Positions 39,502 to 53,504 of a stretch of DNA of 64,000 nucleotides are shown here, piece by piece (within the stretch, counting starts at the first letter, position 1; the number at the start of each line of letters is the position of its first letter). The notes beneath the pieces were generated by a model. It was not told the DNA's origin, did not search any database, and saw only the letters and a list, made by a program, of their open reading frames with translations. Both the position numbers and the translations under genes were made by a program. Origin of the DNA: Mustelus asterias (taxonomy: Eukaryota); the NCBI RefSeq assembly GCF_964213995.1, contig NW_027590122.1, positions 2,170,001-2,234,000 of the forward strand, written 5' to 3'.

Positions 39502-40449
39502 TCAAAGCATTGAAAGGGTCTCTACTTGGTGTGAGTGACTTTGGGTTTCAGCAAGCTGGATAACCGAGTTAATACCTTCCCACACAGAGCAGCTTAACGG
39601 TCTGTCCCCAGTGTGAATTCGCTGGTGTGTGCGCAGGGCGGACGACCGAGTGAATCCCTTCCCACACTGAGAGCAGGTGAACGGTTTCTCCCCAGTGTGA
39701 ACTCGCTGGTGTCGCTGCAGCGTGGATAAATCAGTGAATCCCTTCCCACACTGAGAGCAGGTGAACGGTTTCTCCCCAGTGTGAACTCGCTGGTGTCTCT
39801 GCAGCGTGGATGACCTTTTAAACCTCACTGAACATTGTGAGCAGCTGAACGGTCTCTCCTCAGTGTGAATGCGCTCATGGTCTCGAAGAACTGCAGTACT
39901 TTTGAAGCCGCTCCCACAATCAGCACATTTAAAAGGTCTCTCATTGCTGTGAGTACCTTTGTGTTTCATGAGGCTGGATGAAGCAGTGAATCCCTTGCCA
40001 CACATGGCGCAGGTGAATGGTTTCTCTCCAGTGTGAACTCGCTGATGTACCCGCAGGTTGGATGACCTTTTAAATCTCTTTGTGCAGTGAGAACAGCTGA
40101 ACGGCCTCTCCTCAGTGTGAACACGTTGATGGGACACCAGTTCCCAAGAACTTTTGAAGTCACTCCCACAGTCAGAGCAGTTGAAGGGTTTCTCACTGGT
40201 GTGAGAGAGATTGTGACTCAGCAGGTGGGATGACCGAATGAATCCCTTCCCACACATGCTTCAGGTGAACGGCATCTCCCCGGTATGAACTTGCTGGTGT
40301 GTCAGCAAGTCAGATGACTGAATGAATCCCTTCCCACACACGCAACAGGTGAATGGTCTCTCCCCAGTATGAATGTGTCGATGAACTTCAAGCCGAGATG
40401 GGAACCTGAATCCCTTCCCACAGTCCCCACATTTCCACGGTGTCTCCAT
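39502..40449 (-). pseudogene. C2H2 ZNF gene of about 10 fingers with in-frame TGA at finger 3 and a distal frameshift
   Basis: ORFs 40449-40261 and 40257-39502 are in the same frame, separated by TGA-AGC in place of Cys-Ser. Confidence 0.8.
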
Positions 40450-40959
40450 GGTGCGGGTGTCCTTGTGACTCTCCAGGTTTGGCTATCAGTTGAGGCCTCA
40501 TCCACACACAGAACATGGGTACAGTCTCTCCCCACTGTGAATGCTGAGATGTTTTTTTCAGGCTGTGTAACTGGTTAAAGCTCTTTCCACACTCAGCGCA
40601 CTGGAACACTGTCTGTAAATCCTCACCCTCTGATATCCTGTAAAAGGAGTTTACAAAAGTCATCAGTGTCAGTACAGGATAGAAATTCAGAACAGACAAT
40701 TCCAGTTTCTATGGAACATTCTTTCCTCTCTCATTCCCCAAAAATCATAAATCTCCATTCCACACACTCTCCCTCCATTCTCACTCTGCTGTATCTAATA
40801 TTCACCCTCCCAATTCTCCTGAAGGTGCTGATTGAGGCTGATTGACAGATCCATGCTCACTGCTTCCTGTCCTGGACACAAAAAGCTGAAAATCTTCAAG
40901 CTGCCAGCCATGTTAAAGCTTTACATTTGGACATAAATAAGCAGATTGATGATGTGTGT

Positions 40960-43140
40960 AATAGAACAGTACAGCACAGAACAGGCCCTTCGGCCCACAA
41001 TGTTGTGCCGAGCTTTATCTGAAACCAAGATCAAGCTATCCCACTCCCTATCATCCTGGTGTGCTCCATGTGCCTATCCAATAACCGCTTAAATGTTCCT
41101 AAAGTGTCTGACTCCACTATCACTGCAGGCAGTCCATTCCACACCCCAACCACTCTCTGCGTAAAGAACCTACCTCTGATATCCTTCCTGTATCTCTCAC
41201 CACGAACCCTATAGTTATGCCCCCTTGTAATAACTCCATCCACCCGAGGAAATAGTCTTTGCACGTTCACTCTATCTATCCCCTTCATCATTTTATAAAC
41301 CTCTATTGAGTTTCCCCTCAGCCTCCTCCACTGTAGAGAGAACATCCCTCGCTCCCTCAACCTTTCCTCATAAGACCTACCCTCCAAACCAGGCAGCATC
41401 CTGGTAAATCTCCTCTGCACTCTTTCCAGCGCTTCCACATCCTTCTTATAGTGAGGTGACCAGAACTGCACACAATATTCCAAATGTGGTCTCACCAAGG
41501 TCCTGTACAGTTGCAGCATAACCCCGTGGCTCTTAAACTCCAACCCCCTGTTCATAAAAGCTAACACACTATAGGCCGTCTTCACAGCTCTATCCACTTG
41601 AGTGGCAACATTTAGAGATCTGTGGATATGGACCCCAAGATCTCTCTGTTCCTCCACAGTCTTCAGAACCCTACTTTTGACCCTGTAATCCACATTTAAA
41701 TTAGTCCTACCAAAATGAATCACCTCACATTTATCAGGGTTAAACTCTATTTGCCATTTTTCAGCCCAGCTTTGCATCCTATCTATGTCTCTTTGCAGCC
41801 TACAACAGCCCTCCACCTCATCCACTACTCCACCAATCTTGGTGTCATCAGCAAATTTGCTGATCCACCCTTCAGCCCCCTCCTCTCAGTCATTAATAAA
41901 AATCACAAAGAGCAGAGGACCAAGCACTGATCCCTGTGGCACTCCGCTAGCAACCTGCCTCCAATCCGAAAATTTTCCATCCACCACCACCCTCTGTCTT
42001 CGGTTAGACAACCAGTTACCTATCCAATCGGCCAACTTTCCCTCTATCCCACACCTCCTCACTTTCATCATAAGCCGACCATGGGGGACCTTATCAAACC
42101 CCTTACTAAAATCCATGTATATGACATCAACTGCCCTACCTTCATCAACACACTTAGTTACCTCCTCAAAAAATTCTATCAAATTTGTGAGGCACGACTT
42201 GCCCTTCACGAATCCGTGCTGACTATCCCGGATTAATGCGCATCTTTCTAAATGGTCATAAATCCCATCCCTAAGGACCTTTTCCATCAATTTACCAACC
42301 ACCGAAGTAAGACTAACCGGTCTATAATTACCAGGGTCATTTCTATTCCCTTTCTTAAACAGAGGAACAACATTCGCCATTCTCCAGTCCTCTGGCACCA
42401 TCCCCGTGGACAGCGAGGACCCAAAGATCAAAGCCAGCGGCTCTGCAATCTCATCCCTTGCCTCCCAAAGAATCCTAGGATATATTTCATCAGGCCCAGG
42501 GGACTTATCGACCTTTATTCAAAACTGCCAGTACATCCTCCCTCAGAACATCTATTTCCTCCAGCCTATTAGCCTGTAACACCTTCTGTTCCTCAAAAAC
42601 ATGGCCCCTCTCCTTGGTGAACACTGAAGAAAAGTATTCATTCATCACCTCGCCTATCTCTACTGACTCCATACACAAGTTCCCACTACTGTCCTTGACC
42701 GGCCCTAACCTCACCCTGGTCATTCTTTTATTCCTCACATAAGAGTAAAAAGCCTTGGGGTTTTCCTTGATCTGACCCGCCAAGGACTTCTCATGTCCCC
42801 TCCTAGCTCTCCTAAGCCCCTTTTTCAGCTCATTCCTTGCTAACTTGTAACCCTCAATCGAGCCATCTGAACCTTGTTTCCTCATCCCTACATAAGCTTC
42901 CCTCTTCCTTTTCACAAGACATTCCACCTCTTTCGTGAACCATGGTTCCCTCACTCGGCCATTTCCTCCCTGCCTGACAGGGACATACCTATCAAGGACA
43001 CACAGTATTTGTTCCTTGAAAAAGTTCCACTTTTCATTAGTTCCTTTCCCTGACAGTTTCTGTTCCCAACTTATGCCCCCTAATTCTTGGCTAATCGCAT
43101 CATAATTCTCTCTCCCCCAATTGTAAACCTTGCCCTGCCG
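40960..43140 (-). mobile_element. CR1 LINE, 2.2 kb, 5'-truncated, broken ORF2
   Basis: [21 protein letters not shown] and C-terminal motifs across three ORFs. Confidence 0.93.
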
Positions 43141-43709
43141 TACAGTAATGCACTGTATTACCTGGTTAGAGAGACATGAAGAATGTGAGGAGGATTTTTA
43201 TTGAGGCAGCAAGTGGTGACCTGGAAGTTAAAAATTGAACTCCAGAATGAGAAAAGAAATGGAAAGGGGGAGAAAAGAAAGTGTCGACCGATAATTGGTT
43301 CACATCAGTCATTCAATGTTGAGACATCTTGAACAGGAGCCGATTCATTCCCTCCAGTAAAGGTTAACAAGTCCTTTCAGCTTTTTTTATTCTGTCAGCA
43401 TGGGAAGGGAACATCTGATAATTCCCACAGCATTTTAACCATTCTTAATGTGTTTACAATTCTAAAAGTTATAAACTTGTGTTCAAATTTACATTTCCAG
43501 CCTTTATAACATTTGTATTAATGAATCATTTATTATTTAATTGTCTCACAATTAATGCTGTCTATTTAACTAATCTGGCTGCTTTCCAATTGTGGGAACT
43601 TCAGGCCACAAAAAAGGTAGTTAGAGTCATAGAGGTTCACAGCATGGAAACAGGCCCTTCGGCCCAACTTGTCCATGCCGCCCAGTTTTAGTCCTAATTG
43701 CCCTGGAAT

Positions 43710-43860
43710 ATTACTCATGATCTGTGCTTCCAACCATTTTGAATGTGCATCTACAACAAGCAAACACATGTGATTCATGAAAGGCCCCCCAAGGGCCACA
43801 TGTAGTCTGGACCACGGCCTATCAGGCCACTCCCGAGGATGAATTTGCAATGTACCCAGT
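43710..43860 (-). mobile_element. Gypsy-type integrase fragment
   Basis: HPREWPDRPWSRLHVALGGPFMNHMCLLVVDAHSKWLE. Confidence 0.8.
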
Positions 43861-45787
43861 GTGTTGGGGGGGAATGAACTCAGAAGAATCATTCAACACT
43901 CAAACCTGATTCAATCGACAAACAGTTTATTGAGTTACGCCAGCGGGGAGAAGCCACAGGGACTGACCATGTGTAACTCCACCCAACAAAGAATATCATC
44001 AATTCTTATCCAGTTACTCAGCCCATCCCGGCTGGACACAATCCAATCAGAATGGTGATAGATTACATACATTATAGGTTCAATAAAATTAGTATCTGGG
44101 CATCATGGGGCTTTGTGAGCATCTTGTGAACAGATAGGTGCCCCCATCATGATGTTTTCCAGACCCCCTCATCTACCATCCTTGGGGTTTTCTTTGGACA
44201 TAGACTCCCTTAGTTTGAAAAGGGGTGGATTAAAAGTTCTCAAATGGATGTCAGCACCCTTCCTTTGTTTTAATCTAATGACCACACGGTCTGGGAATCA
44301 TTTCTATTTAATAATCTCTCCTTTTCAACTTATAATTCCCACAGCATTTTAACCATTCTTATGTCAGCAATAAATCTTTGGACCTGACAGGAAGTTTAAT
44401 CCAACACAGGATTGGTCAGAATCATTTCTCATGTCCCAAATTTTAAATAACCATTACAAATTAAAACTCTCATTCTCACATGTGTGAATTGTATCCGGAT
44501 TAACATTCCTGCATGTTTAGTAAAATATCCTGGCATCATGTAAATATTGTTCCAGGTTCATAACTTTTGAAAAAAAAACTTTATCAATTACACTTACTTT
44601 AAAAAAAATCTGTTTGATTTAAATCACAGACAGAAAACCTCAAAGCTTGAAGCAACCCACAAATATCATCCACACACAAGCAGAGAAACTTAGCATGTGC
44701 TTTACAACAACAACCAGAATGAATTCCTTAAGCGTTCTTGTGGTTCTGTTTTTAAACTTTCAGAAATGCCTTTAATTAAAGATAAAGTTAATTCTCGAGG
44801 AAGATAAACCTTAACAAATGTCGCCCAAAACAATGATAAACACATCTACAAACATCCACATAAAACAAACGAAACACAGGTTCTCACAGCTTGTAAATTT
44901 CAAACAATGAATCAATTATAACAGAATATGTGGCTGTATGTAGCTGCCTCGGCCATGGTCAACCCCAACACTGCCTTCCTGAACTGCTACAATGCCTGAG
45001 GTGTAAGTACACCCACAGTACTGTGAGGGAGGGATTTCCAGCTACACATTCCAGACTTTCACAAGACTGTAGGTAGTTCCAGATTGATATATTTCATTCA
45101 ACCACTCCCAAGATGAGTTATTCCAATTCCTTTATTGTCCAGGACAATATATTCACAATATCTTTCAAACAGAAATTAAACATTCCCATTTGATTTCAGG
45201 TATTAACATATTCTGTTAGTTTGTTCTTTATTGTCGATGTCAGGCTGGGGTTGTTCCTCTTGGAACAAAGGAGGTTGAGGGGAGATTTGATGGAGGTGGA
45301 CAAGATTCTGACAGGTTTAGATAAGGTGGACAAAGAAAAGCTGTTCCCATGAGTTGATGGGACAAGGATGAGGGGGTCATAGGTTTAAGGTTTGGGTCAG
45401 AGATGCAGGGGGTGATGTGAGGAAGAATATTTTGATGCAGTGAATGGTAATGACCTGGAACTCGCTGCCTACGAGGATGGAGGAAGTGGAGACAATAAAC
45501 AATTACAAAGGAAATTGGATGAGCATTTGGGAAGTTTCAAACAGAAATAGTGACTCTTAACTTCCTCACACCCTGTCACTCTGTGATCCGTGTGAAATTT
45601 GAAACCAGGTATTCGCAACAAGACTCAAAGAGCATCAGCCCACTGGAGGCAAAGTGGTGAGACCGGCCAGTCCAGCAGAAAGAAACCCTCCGACCCTCCC
45701 CATTGACCAACTGTGAGAATGAACAAAATGCAGTCCTGGATGTAATTGAGAGCAGAAACAATGACAGCAGAATCCAAACTCCTGGAA

Positions 45788-46798
45788 TCACTCATGAACT
45801 TTTTGGTGTCTCAGCAGGTGGGATGAAACTTTGAATCCCTTCCCACACTGAGAGCAGGTGAACGGCCTCTCCCCAGTGTGAACTCGCTGGTGTGTCCCCA
45901 GGTTGGATAACCGAGTGAATCCCTTCCCACACTGAGAGCAGGTGAATGGTTTCTCCCCAGTGTGAACTCGCTGGTGTGTCTGCAGGTTGGATGACCGAGT
46001 GAATCCTTCCCCACACTGAGGGCAGATGAATGGCCTCTCTCCAGTGTGAACTCGCTGGTGTGCCTGCAGGTTGGATAACTGGCTGAACCCCTTCCCACAC
46101 TGAGAGCAGATAAATGGTCTCTCCCCAGTGTGAACTCGCTGGTGTCTCCGCAGGGTGGATAAATCAGTGAATCCCTTCCCACACTGAGAGCAGGTGAATG
46201 GTCTCTCTCCAGTGTGAACTCGCTGGTGCGTCTGGAGGCTGGATAAATGAGTGAATCCCTTCTCACACTGAGAGCAGATGAACGGTTTCTCCCCAGTGTG
46301 AACTCGCTGGTGTGTCTGCAGGTTAGATAGCTGACTGAACCCCTTCTCACACTGAGAGCAAATGAACGGTCTCTCCCCAGTGTGAACACGCTGGTGCGTC
46401 TGCAGGTTAGATAACTGACTGAACCCCTTCTCACACTGAGAGCAGGTGAACGGTCTCTCCCCAGTGTGAACTCGCTGGTGTGCCTGCAGGCTGGATAACT
46501 GACTGAATCCCTCCCCACACTGAGAGCAGGTGAAGGGCCTCTCCCCAGTGTGAACTCGCTGGTGGGTCTGCAGGCTGGATAACTGACTGAATCCCTCCCC
46601 ACACTGAGAGCAGGTGAACGGTTTCTCCCCAGTGTGAACTCGCTGGTGTGTCTGCAGCTGGGACAACCGAGTGAATCCCGCCCCACAGTGAGAGCAGGTA
46701 AATGGCCTCTCCCCAGTGTGGCTGCGCCGATGAGCTTCCAGCAGGGATGGGTATCTGTATCTCTTCCCACAGTCCCCACATTTCCATGGTTTCTCCAT
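45788..46798 (-). CDS. Tandem C2H2 zinc-finger protein, 12 fingers
   Basis: ATG at 46798 (MEKPWKC); homogeneous CSQC units; intact. Confidence 0.9.
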   Translation of the reverse strand: MEKPWKCGDCGKRYRYPSLLEAHRRSHTGERPFTCSHCGAGFTRLSQLQTHQRVHTGEKPFTCSQCGEGFSQLSSLQTHQRVHTGERPFTCSQCGEGFSQLSSLQAHQRVHTGERPFTCSQCEKGFSQLSNLQTHQRVHTGERPFICSQCEKGFSQLSNLQTHQRVHTGEKPFICSQCEKGFTHLSSLQTHQRVHTGERPFTCSQCGKGFTDLSTLRRHQRVHTGERPFICSQCGKGFSQLSNLQAHQRVHTGERPFICPQCGEGFTRSSNLQTHQRVHTGEKPFTCSQCGKGFTRLSNLGTHQRVHTGERPFTCSQCGKGFKVSSHLLRHQKVHE

Positions 46799-48509
46799 GG
46801 TGCAGGTGTCCTTGCCTCTCTCTTCAGTTGAAGACTCGTCCACACACAGAACAGTCCCCCCACCCCCGCTGTGAACAGTGTGATATTTATTCAGGCTGTG
46901 TAACTGGTTCAAGCTCAGTGCACTGGAACACTCTGACTCCAGTCTGGCAATGTGTTGGCGCTTTTCCAGTCACACTGATGTTTGAAATCTTTTCAAGTCA
47001 TCAGACCAGACAACCATTTTTCCTAGATTCAAAGGCTGATGATATTCAGGTCCCAAGGAATATGACTCTGTCAGATCGAGATGTGACGTTTGAGATTTCA
47101 GCTTGTGATTCCTCTTTCGATACCCTGTAAAATGAGTTTACAGAAGTCATCAGTGACAGTGCAGGATAGAAATTCAGAACAGACAATTCAAGTTTCTATT
47201 GAACATTCCTTCCTCTCTGCAGACTCGAAACGTTGGCTCTATTCTCTCTCTATCTAGGGGATAGTGTGGGAAATGGTGCTGAGGTAGATCAGCCAATTCT
47301 CCATGAATGTTTGAGGCAGTTCGATGGGCTGAATGGCCAACTGCAGCTCCGAAATCTTATGATTTTTTGACTGCTGGACAGGAAGCAGTGAGCATGGATC
47401 TGTCAATCAGCCGCAATCAGCACCTTCAGGAGAATTGGGAGGGTGAATATTAGATACAGCAGAGTGAGAATGGAGGGAGAGTGTGTGGGATGGAGATTTG
47501 CAGCTTTTGGGGAACTAGAGAGGAAAGAATGTTCATTAAAATAATAGAATTCTTACATCTTATCAACCGTCCCTGAGCCTTCACAATGAATCCCTCTTCT
47601 CAAGACACTCTTATCTCTGACTTGTCTGTGCTGCTCGCAGTCTCACAAAGCAGCTGTCTTTGCGCTGATATGAGAGGCCCTGCGAGGCAAGTTTAATGCT
47701 CCATGGCTGTGTGTTTACCATTCCCTCCCTTCATCTGAGCAGGAATATACTTCTCCTGGACTCTTGATATCACACTTTTAAAAGCTTCGCATTGGCCAGT
47801 CATTCCTTTCTCTTCAAACAGACTCACATAATCAACATCTGCTAGATCCTGCCTAATGCCCACAACATTGGCCCTGCTCCAGTTTAGGGCCTTAACCTGT
47901 GGATCACTCCTATCTTTTTCCAGAACTATTTAAAAACTAATAGTGTTCTGGTCACTGGACACAAAGTGCTCTCCGACTGACACTTCATTCACTTGCCCTA
48001 CTTCATTTCTTAAGAGTCTTATAGAAAGTGAGTCCAGCAATTAAAAATGAAAAATAAGGAGCTGGGAAATTAATTGAACAAGTATTTTGCCTCGGTCTTC
48101 ACAATAGAGGATACAGTTAAAACTCAGAAACAGCTGGAAATCAGAAAACAGAAGTGTGGGATGAACTCTGAAAAAGCACAATTACCAGGGAAGTGGTCCT
48201 CAGCAAACTGTTGGAGCTGTGGGCTGATGAGTCCTCGGGTCCTGCTGGGCTCCATTCTCGGGTCTTAACAGAGTGAGATCGTTGATGTGTTGTTTAATTT
48301 TCTAAAATTCCCCATTGGGAATTGGATAAATGGAATCAGTGGATGTGCTGTACTTAGATTTCCAGAAGACATTTGATGAGGTGAAACATTAAAGATTATT
48401 GCAGCAAATAAAAATTCATGCTGTGGGGATAACATATTGGCGTGGATAGAAAATTGGCTAACAGCAAACAGTGGGCAGAAATGGATCATTTTCTGGTTTG
48501 AGAGAGAGA

Positions 48510-49010
48510 AACCTGGGCCAACCTTTCCAGAGTCTGCAGCCTCCCTGGATTCATTTCCTTTCCCTTCAGTTGCTGCAAGTCCCCAATTTCCCCCAGAATG
48601 AGAAAAGAAATGGAAAGGGGGAGAAAAGAAAGTGTTTTACTCACAGATGTTGCACAGAGGAAGTTTCAGTCTGTCTGAAGCTCAATCTTCATTCACACAA
48701 AACCCGCGTTCTGATTGGCTGGAGGACCAGAGTCCTTCCGGTCCTCCAATTCTTCCCATTGGTCAACCCCTCAGCATGAAGGTCAGGGGGTGGGATCTCC
48801 GCCGCGCGGACACGGGAGACCCGCCCCCACCCATTGTTCCCCTCCCCCTGCACCTCCTCGAGCCAAGGTTTCCAGGCAACCGGCTGACGGCTCCGGCCAG
48901 AGCGAGAAGCCGCTCGGTGATCTCCCCCTCCCCCCGGCCCGGGACTGCGCATGTCCAAGGGAGAGGGGAAGCTGCGCATGTGCGGGGGTGCTCCCGCTGA
49001 CCTGCATGCT
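48510..49010 (-). promoter_or_regulatory. CpG-island ZNF promoter cassette plus exon 1
   Basis: CCAAT pair, inverted repeat, 65-bp core, two TGCGCATG sites; homologous to 14490-15010. Confidence 0.72.
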
Positions 49011-49139
49011 GAAGGGTTCACCAATGAACTATTCCTTTCTTAACTTCTCTTCGAACATTCAAAAACCATTGAAACTGCCTTTTTACTCAACACTTGCTAA
49101 AATACTGATTAAAAAACACAAAACTCACAGCTTGGACTC

Positions 49140-49692
49140 AAATACTACCCAGTGCAAGGAACTCGTCTACTTTCTCAGAAGGCTAAGGAAATTTGGCATG
49201 TCAGCTACGACTCTCGCCAACTTTTACAGATGCACCATATCACAGCTTGGTACGGCTCCTGCTCTGCCCAAGACCGCAAGGAACTACCAAAGGTAGTGAA
49301 TGTAGCCCAATACATCTCGCAAACCAGCCTCCCATCCATTGACTCTGTCTACACTTCCCGCTGCCTCGGCAAAGCAGCCAGCATAATTAAGCACCCCACG
49401 CACCCTGGACATTCTCTCTTCCCCTTTCTTCCATTGGGAAAAAGATACAAAAGTCTGAGGTCACGTACCGACCGACTCAAGAACAGATTTTTCCCTGCTG
49501 CTGTCAGACTTTTGAATGGACTTCCCTTGCATTAAGTTGATCTTTCTCTACACCCAAGCTATCACTGTAACACTACATTCTGCACTCTCTCATTTCCTTC
49601 TCTATGAATGTTTTGTTTTGTCTGTTTAGCGCACAAGAAACAAAACTTTTCACTGTATGTTAATACATGTGACGATAGTAAATCAAATCAAA
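49140..49692 (+). mobile_element. Rex1/Babar-like LINE 3' end
   Basis: YFLRRLRKFGMS...RSRTDRLKNRFFPAAVRLLN; (aaatc)n tail. Confidence 0.7.
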
Positions 49693-49939
49693 CCAAAAAG
49701 GCAAATTGATCAGGCTCCCTGCCGATAGGCTTTTGTTCCAATATTTCTGAGTTCCTGACTTGGGGACCTTTCTTTGTGCTTTGGTTATTCCTGCAGGTCA
49801 ACACTGGCAAATCTCCTTTATCTTCTTCTGCTCGGGGTCTCGCTGGCTGAGATGTGCTTTCAGTCACATATTCACAGAACATGCACTGTTACACATTAAT
49901 GATCTGGAAGATGGAATGAGGGCATAATTGCTAAATTTA

Positions 49940-50580
49940 TTTTGATTTGATTTTGTTTTGATTTGATTTATTATTGTCACATGTATTAGCATACAGTGAA
50001 AAGTACTGTTTCTTGTGCGCTATACGCACAAAGCATACCGTACACAGAGAAAGAAATGAGAGAGTGCAGAATGTAGTGTTACAGTCATAGCTAGGGTATA
50101 GAGAAAGAGCAACTTAATGCAAGGTTAGTCCATTCAAAAGTCTGATGGCAGCAGGGAAGAAGCTGTTCTTGAGTCGGTTGGTACGTGACCTCAGGCTTTT
50201 GCATCATTTTCCCAATGGAAGAAGGTGGAAGAGAGAATGTCCGGGGTGCGTGGGGTCCTTAATTATGCTGGCTGCTTTGCCGAGGCAGCGGGAAGTGTAG
50301 ACAGAGTCAATGGATGGGAGGTTGGTTTGCATGATGGATTGGGCTACACTACGACCTTTTGTAGTTCCTTGTGACCTTGGGCAGAGCAGGAGCCATATCA
50401 AGCTGTGATACAACCAGAAAGAATGCTTTCTGTGGTGCATCTGTAAAAATTGGTGAGAGTCATAGCTGACATGCCAAATTTCCTCAGTCTTCTGAGAAAG
50501 TAGAGGCATTTGTGGGCTTTCTTAACTATAGTGTCAGCATGGGGGGGACCAGGGCAGATTGTTGGTGATCTGGACACCTG
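49940..50580 (-). mobile_element. Rex1/Babar-like LINE 3' end, inverted partner
   Basis: KKAHKCLYFLRRLRKFGMS...ESILSGCITA; same tail. Confidence 0.7.
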
Positions 50581-50589
50581 AAAGGTCTT

Positions 50590-51500
50590 GACCCTTTCTA
50601 AATTTGTGGATGATACAAAGATATGTAGAGGGACTGGTAGTGTTGAGGAAGTTGGGAGGCTGCAGAATGACTTGGACAGGCTAGGCAAATGGGCAAAGAA
50701 GTGCTAGATGGAATATAATGTGGGGAAGTGTGAGGTTATGCACTTTGGTCAGAAGAATAGAGGCATAGACTATTTTCCAAATGGTGAAAGGTTTCGGAAA
50801 TCTCAAGCACAAAGGGACTTGGGAGTGCTGGTTGTGGAATCTCTTAAGGTTAACATGCAGGTTCAGTTGGCAGTTACGAAGGCAAATTCAATGCTAGCAT
50901 TCATTTCTAGAGGGCTAGAATACAAGAGCAATGATGTACTGCTGAGGCGGTATCAGGCTCTGGTCAGACCCCATGTGGAATATTGTGAGCAGTTTTGGGC
51001 CCCATCCTAAGGAAGGATGTGCTGGCCTTAGAGGGGGTCCAGAGGAGGTTCACAGGAATGATCCCAGGAATGAAGGGTTTGTCATATGAGGAGCAGTTGA
51101 GGAGTCTGGGTCTATCGTCGATGGAGTTCAGAAGGATGAGAGGGGATCTAATTGAAACTTACAGAATACTGAGAGACCGAGATAGATTGGACGTGGAGAG
51201 GATGTTTCCACTAGTGGGACACCTCAGAGTGAAGGGACGCTCCTTTAAAACTGAGATGAGGTGGAATTTCTTGAGAGGAGGGTGGCAAATGTGAAACTCA
51301 TTGCCACAAAGGGCTGTGGAGGCCAGGTCATTAAGTGTCTTTAAGACAGAGATGGATAGGTTCTTGATCAATAAGGGGATCAAAGGTTATGGGGGGAAGG
51401 CAGGAGAATGGGGATGAGAATCATATCAGCCATGATTGAATGGCAGAGCAGACTCGATGGGCCAAATGGCCTAATTCTGCCCTGATATCTTATGGTCATA
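50590..51500 (+). mobile_element. CR1 3' fragment
   Basis: MEYNVGKCEVMHFG...RGDLIETYRIL. Confidence 0.88.
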
Positions 51501-53504
51501 TGGATCACTGTCTTTTAGTCACAAAGGCTGAGGGAGTCATGCCTCTCTCAGGGGGTGGCATTTCTCTCAGGAGCACAACACACAAGGGTCTATGTTCACT
51601 CAATGTCTGTTCGAGGCAGAGCGACTGCCCCCAATCAATGAGCTCCTGTGTCCATTCCTCAGTGCAGAGTTCCTTCAGCCTGATCCTCCCACAGTACTCA
51701 GCCTGATACAGAGTTAGCTCTTCTAACCATCAGCCTTTGCTGTTGTCTTCATTCGCTTTATGGTTATGCATCAGGTTATACTCTCTTTAGATCAGTCAAG
51801 AATTAGGGTCACGAATGCGGCCATCCGCCCCATTAAGTCCATGCTGGTTCCCTGTGAATCAAACCATTGCCCCGTTCTATCCCCGTACCCCTGTCGGTTT
51901 ATTTCCCTCAATTGCCCATCCAATTTCCTTTTGGAAAGATTCCATCATCTCTGTTTCTCTGCCCATCGTAGGAAGTGGGTTCCAGATATTTATCACTTTC
52001 ATCAAATGAAAATGAATCTGAGAGCAGAGAAGGAGGCCATTCCAGCCATTGTACCCATGATATCCCTTTGAACAAGATCCTCCATTAATCCCATATTTCA
52101 TTTAGAATCTGTCCAGTTCCCTTTTGAAAGATCCAGTTTAATTTGCTTCCTGCACCATTTTCAGACAGTGAATTCCAAATCACAACAACTCATTCTGTTT
52201 TAAACCAAATAATTTCACGATATATTGTGTTTGGATTTTCACAGGGGATTTGGAAACGGAGTGAAAGACATGGTTGTTACTCAAAATTGAGACTCAGTCT
52301 TTATTAATGATCTCCATGAGCGGACTGAGTGTGATGTATCCAAGTTGGGGACTATTCCTAAAAAGGAAATTACATTTCTGCAGCTTCTTGCATGACCACA
52401 AGATCTTGGAAAGTGTTTTACGGTCAAGTTATTTTGAAGTGTAGTCACTGTTGTGATGTGGGTAAATGTAGGGGTGCCTCAGAAATGAAAATGATCACTT
52501 CCATCTGTATTAACAGTTAAATATAACTAGGTCAAGGAAGCCATGTTAAACTCCAACATGTGATGAGAACTTTATATCATAAAGCTAAAAGCCTCCAGAC
52601 ACGGCTGAGCAAGCAATTAAGGAATTCTTCAATCATTTTGATAAGTTAGAGGACACTATATTCTGCTAAAGTCTGGCTCAAGAATGAGGCTGATTGTTCA
52701 ACCTGATCAAGATTAGTAAGAAAGCTTTGTGTCTTTCACAAAGTATATTTTTGAACCATTGTATCTTGTATTAACCAAATATATTAATTAAAGATTACTG
52801 TAATAATTAGCTACCAGTCAGTAACAGATGGGTGAATAAGTAGTGAGCCATAATTGAGTTAAAGTTAATGAATCAATAATGAATCAGTAGTTATAATGAA
52901 AGATTGAGTTTTATTTGCAGTTAAATGTAAAAGCTTAATTGCTGTGTATGTAAAGAATGTGCAGTGAAGATAAATGTACTGGCGAGAGAGACCTTCCAGC
53001 TCTGATTAGCCTCAACATTTGTACAGGGATTGTATAGAATCAGATAAAGGGATGGTGTGAAATTATTCTATTGTATTCCTGATAATGACAGAAAATGGGG
53101 CAAGTAATTGAGGATACAATTAATCTAGTGACAAAACTGCTTTCTTTCTTCACTACAACCATTACCTCTCCCTTTGCCTTTTGTTCCAGGACATTTTTGA
53201 CAGTTAATCTCGTCGCCCTCTAACCAATCCCTGACTTTCCCTTTTGTTCGACCTGACCCTCCCCCTTTCTCATCAGTATCAAATCCATCACATTTCTCCC
53301 TCTAGTTCTGAAGTAGAGTTACATTGGACGTGAAACATTAACTCAGTTTCCCTCTCCACAGATGCTGCCAGACCTGTGTTTTTCCAGTTCTTTCTGTATT
53401 TATTTTAGATCTACCTGCAGTGGAGGAAAAACACGATTTACTATCCAGGATAAAATAAATGTCTTTCATCAGTTTTTGTGGATCATTTTGTTTATTTGTT
53501 TGTT

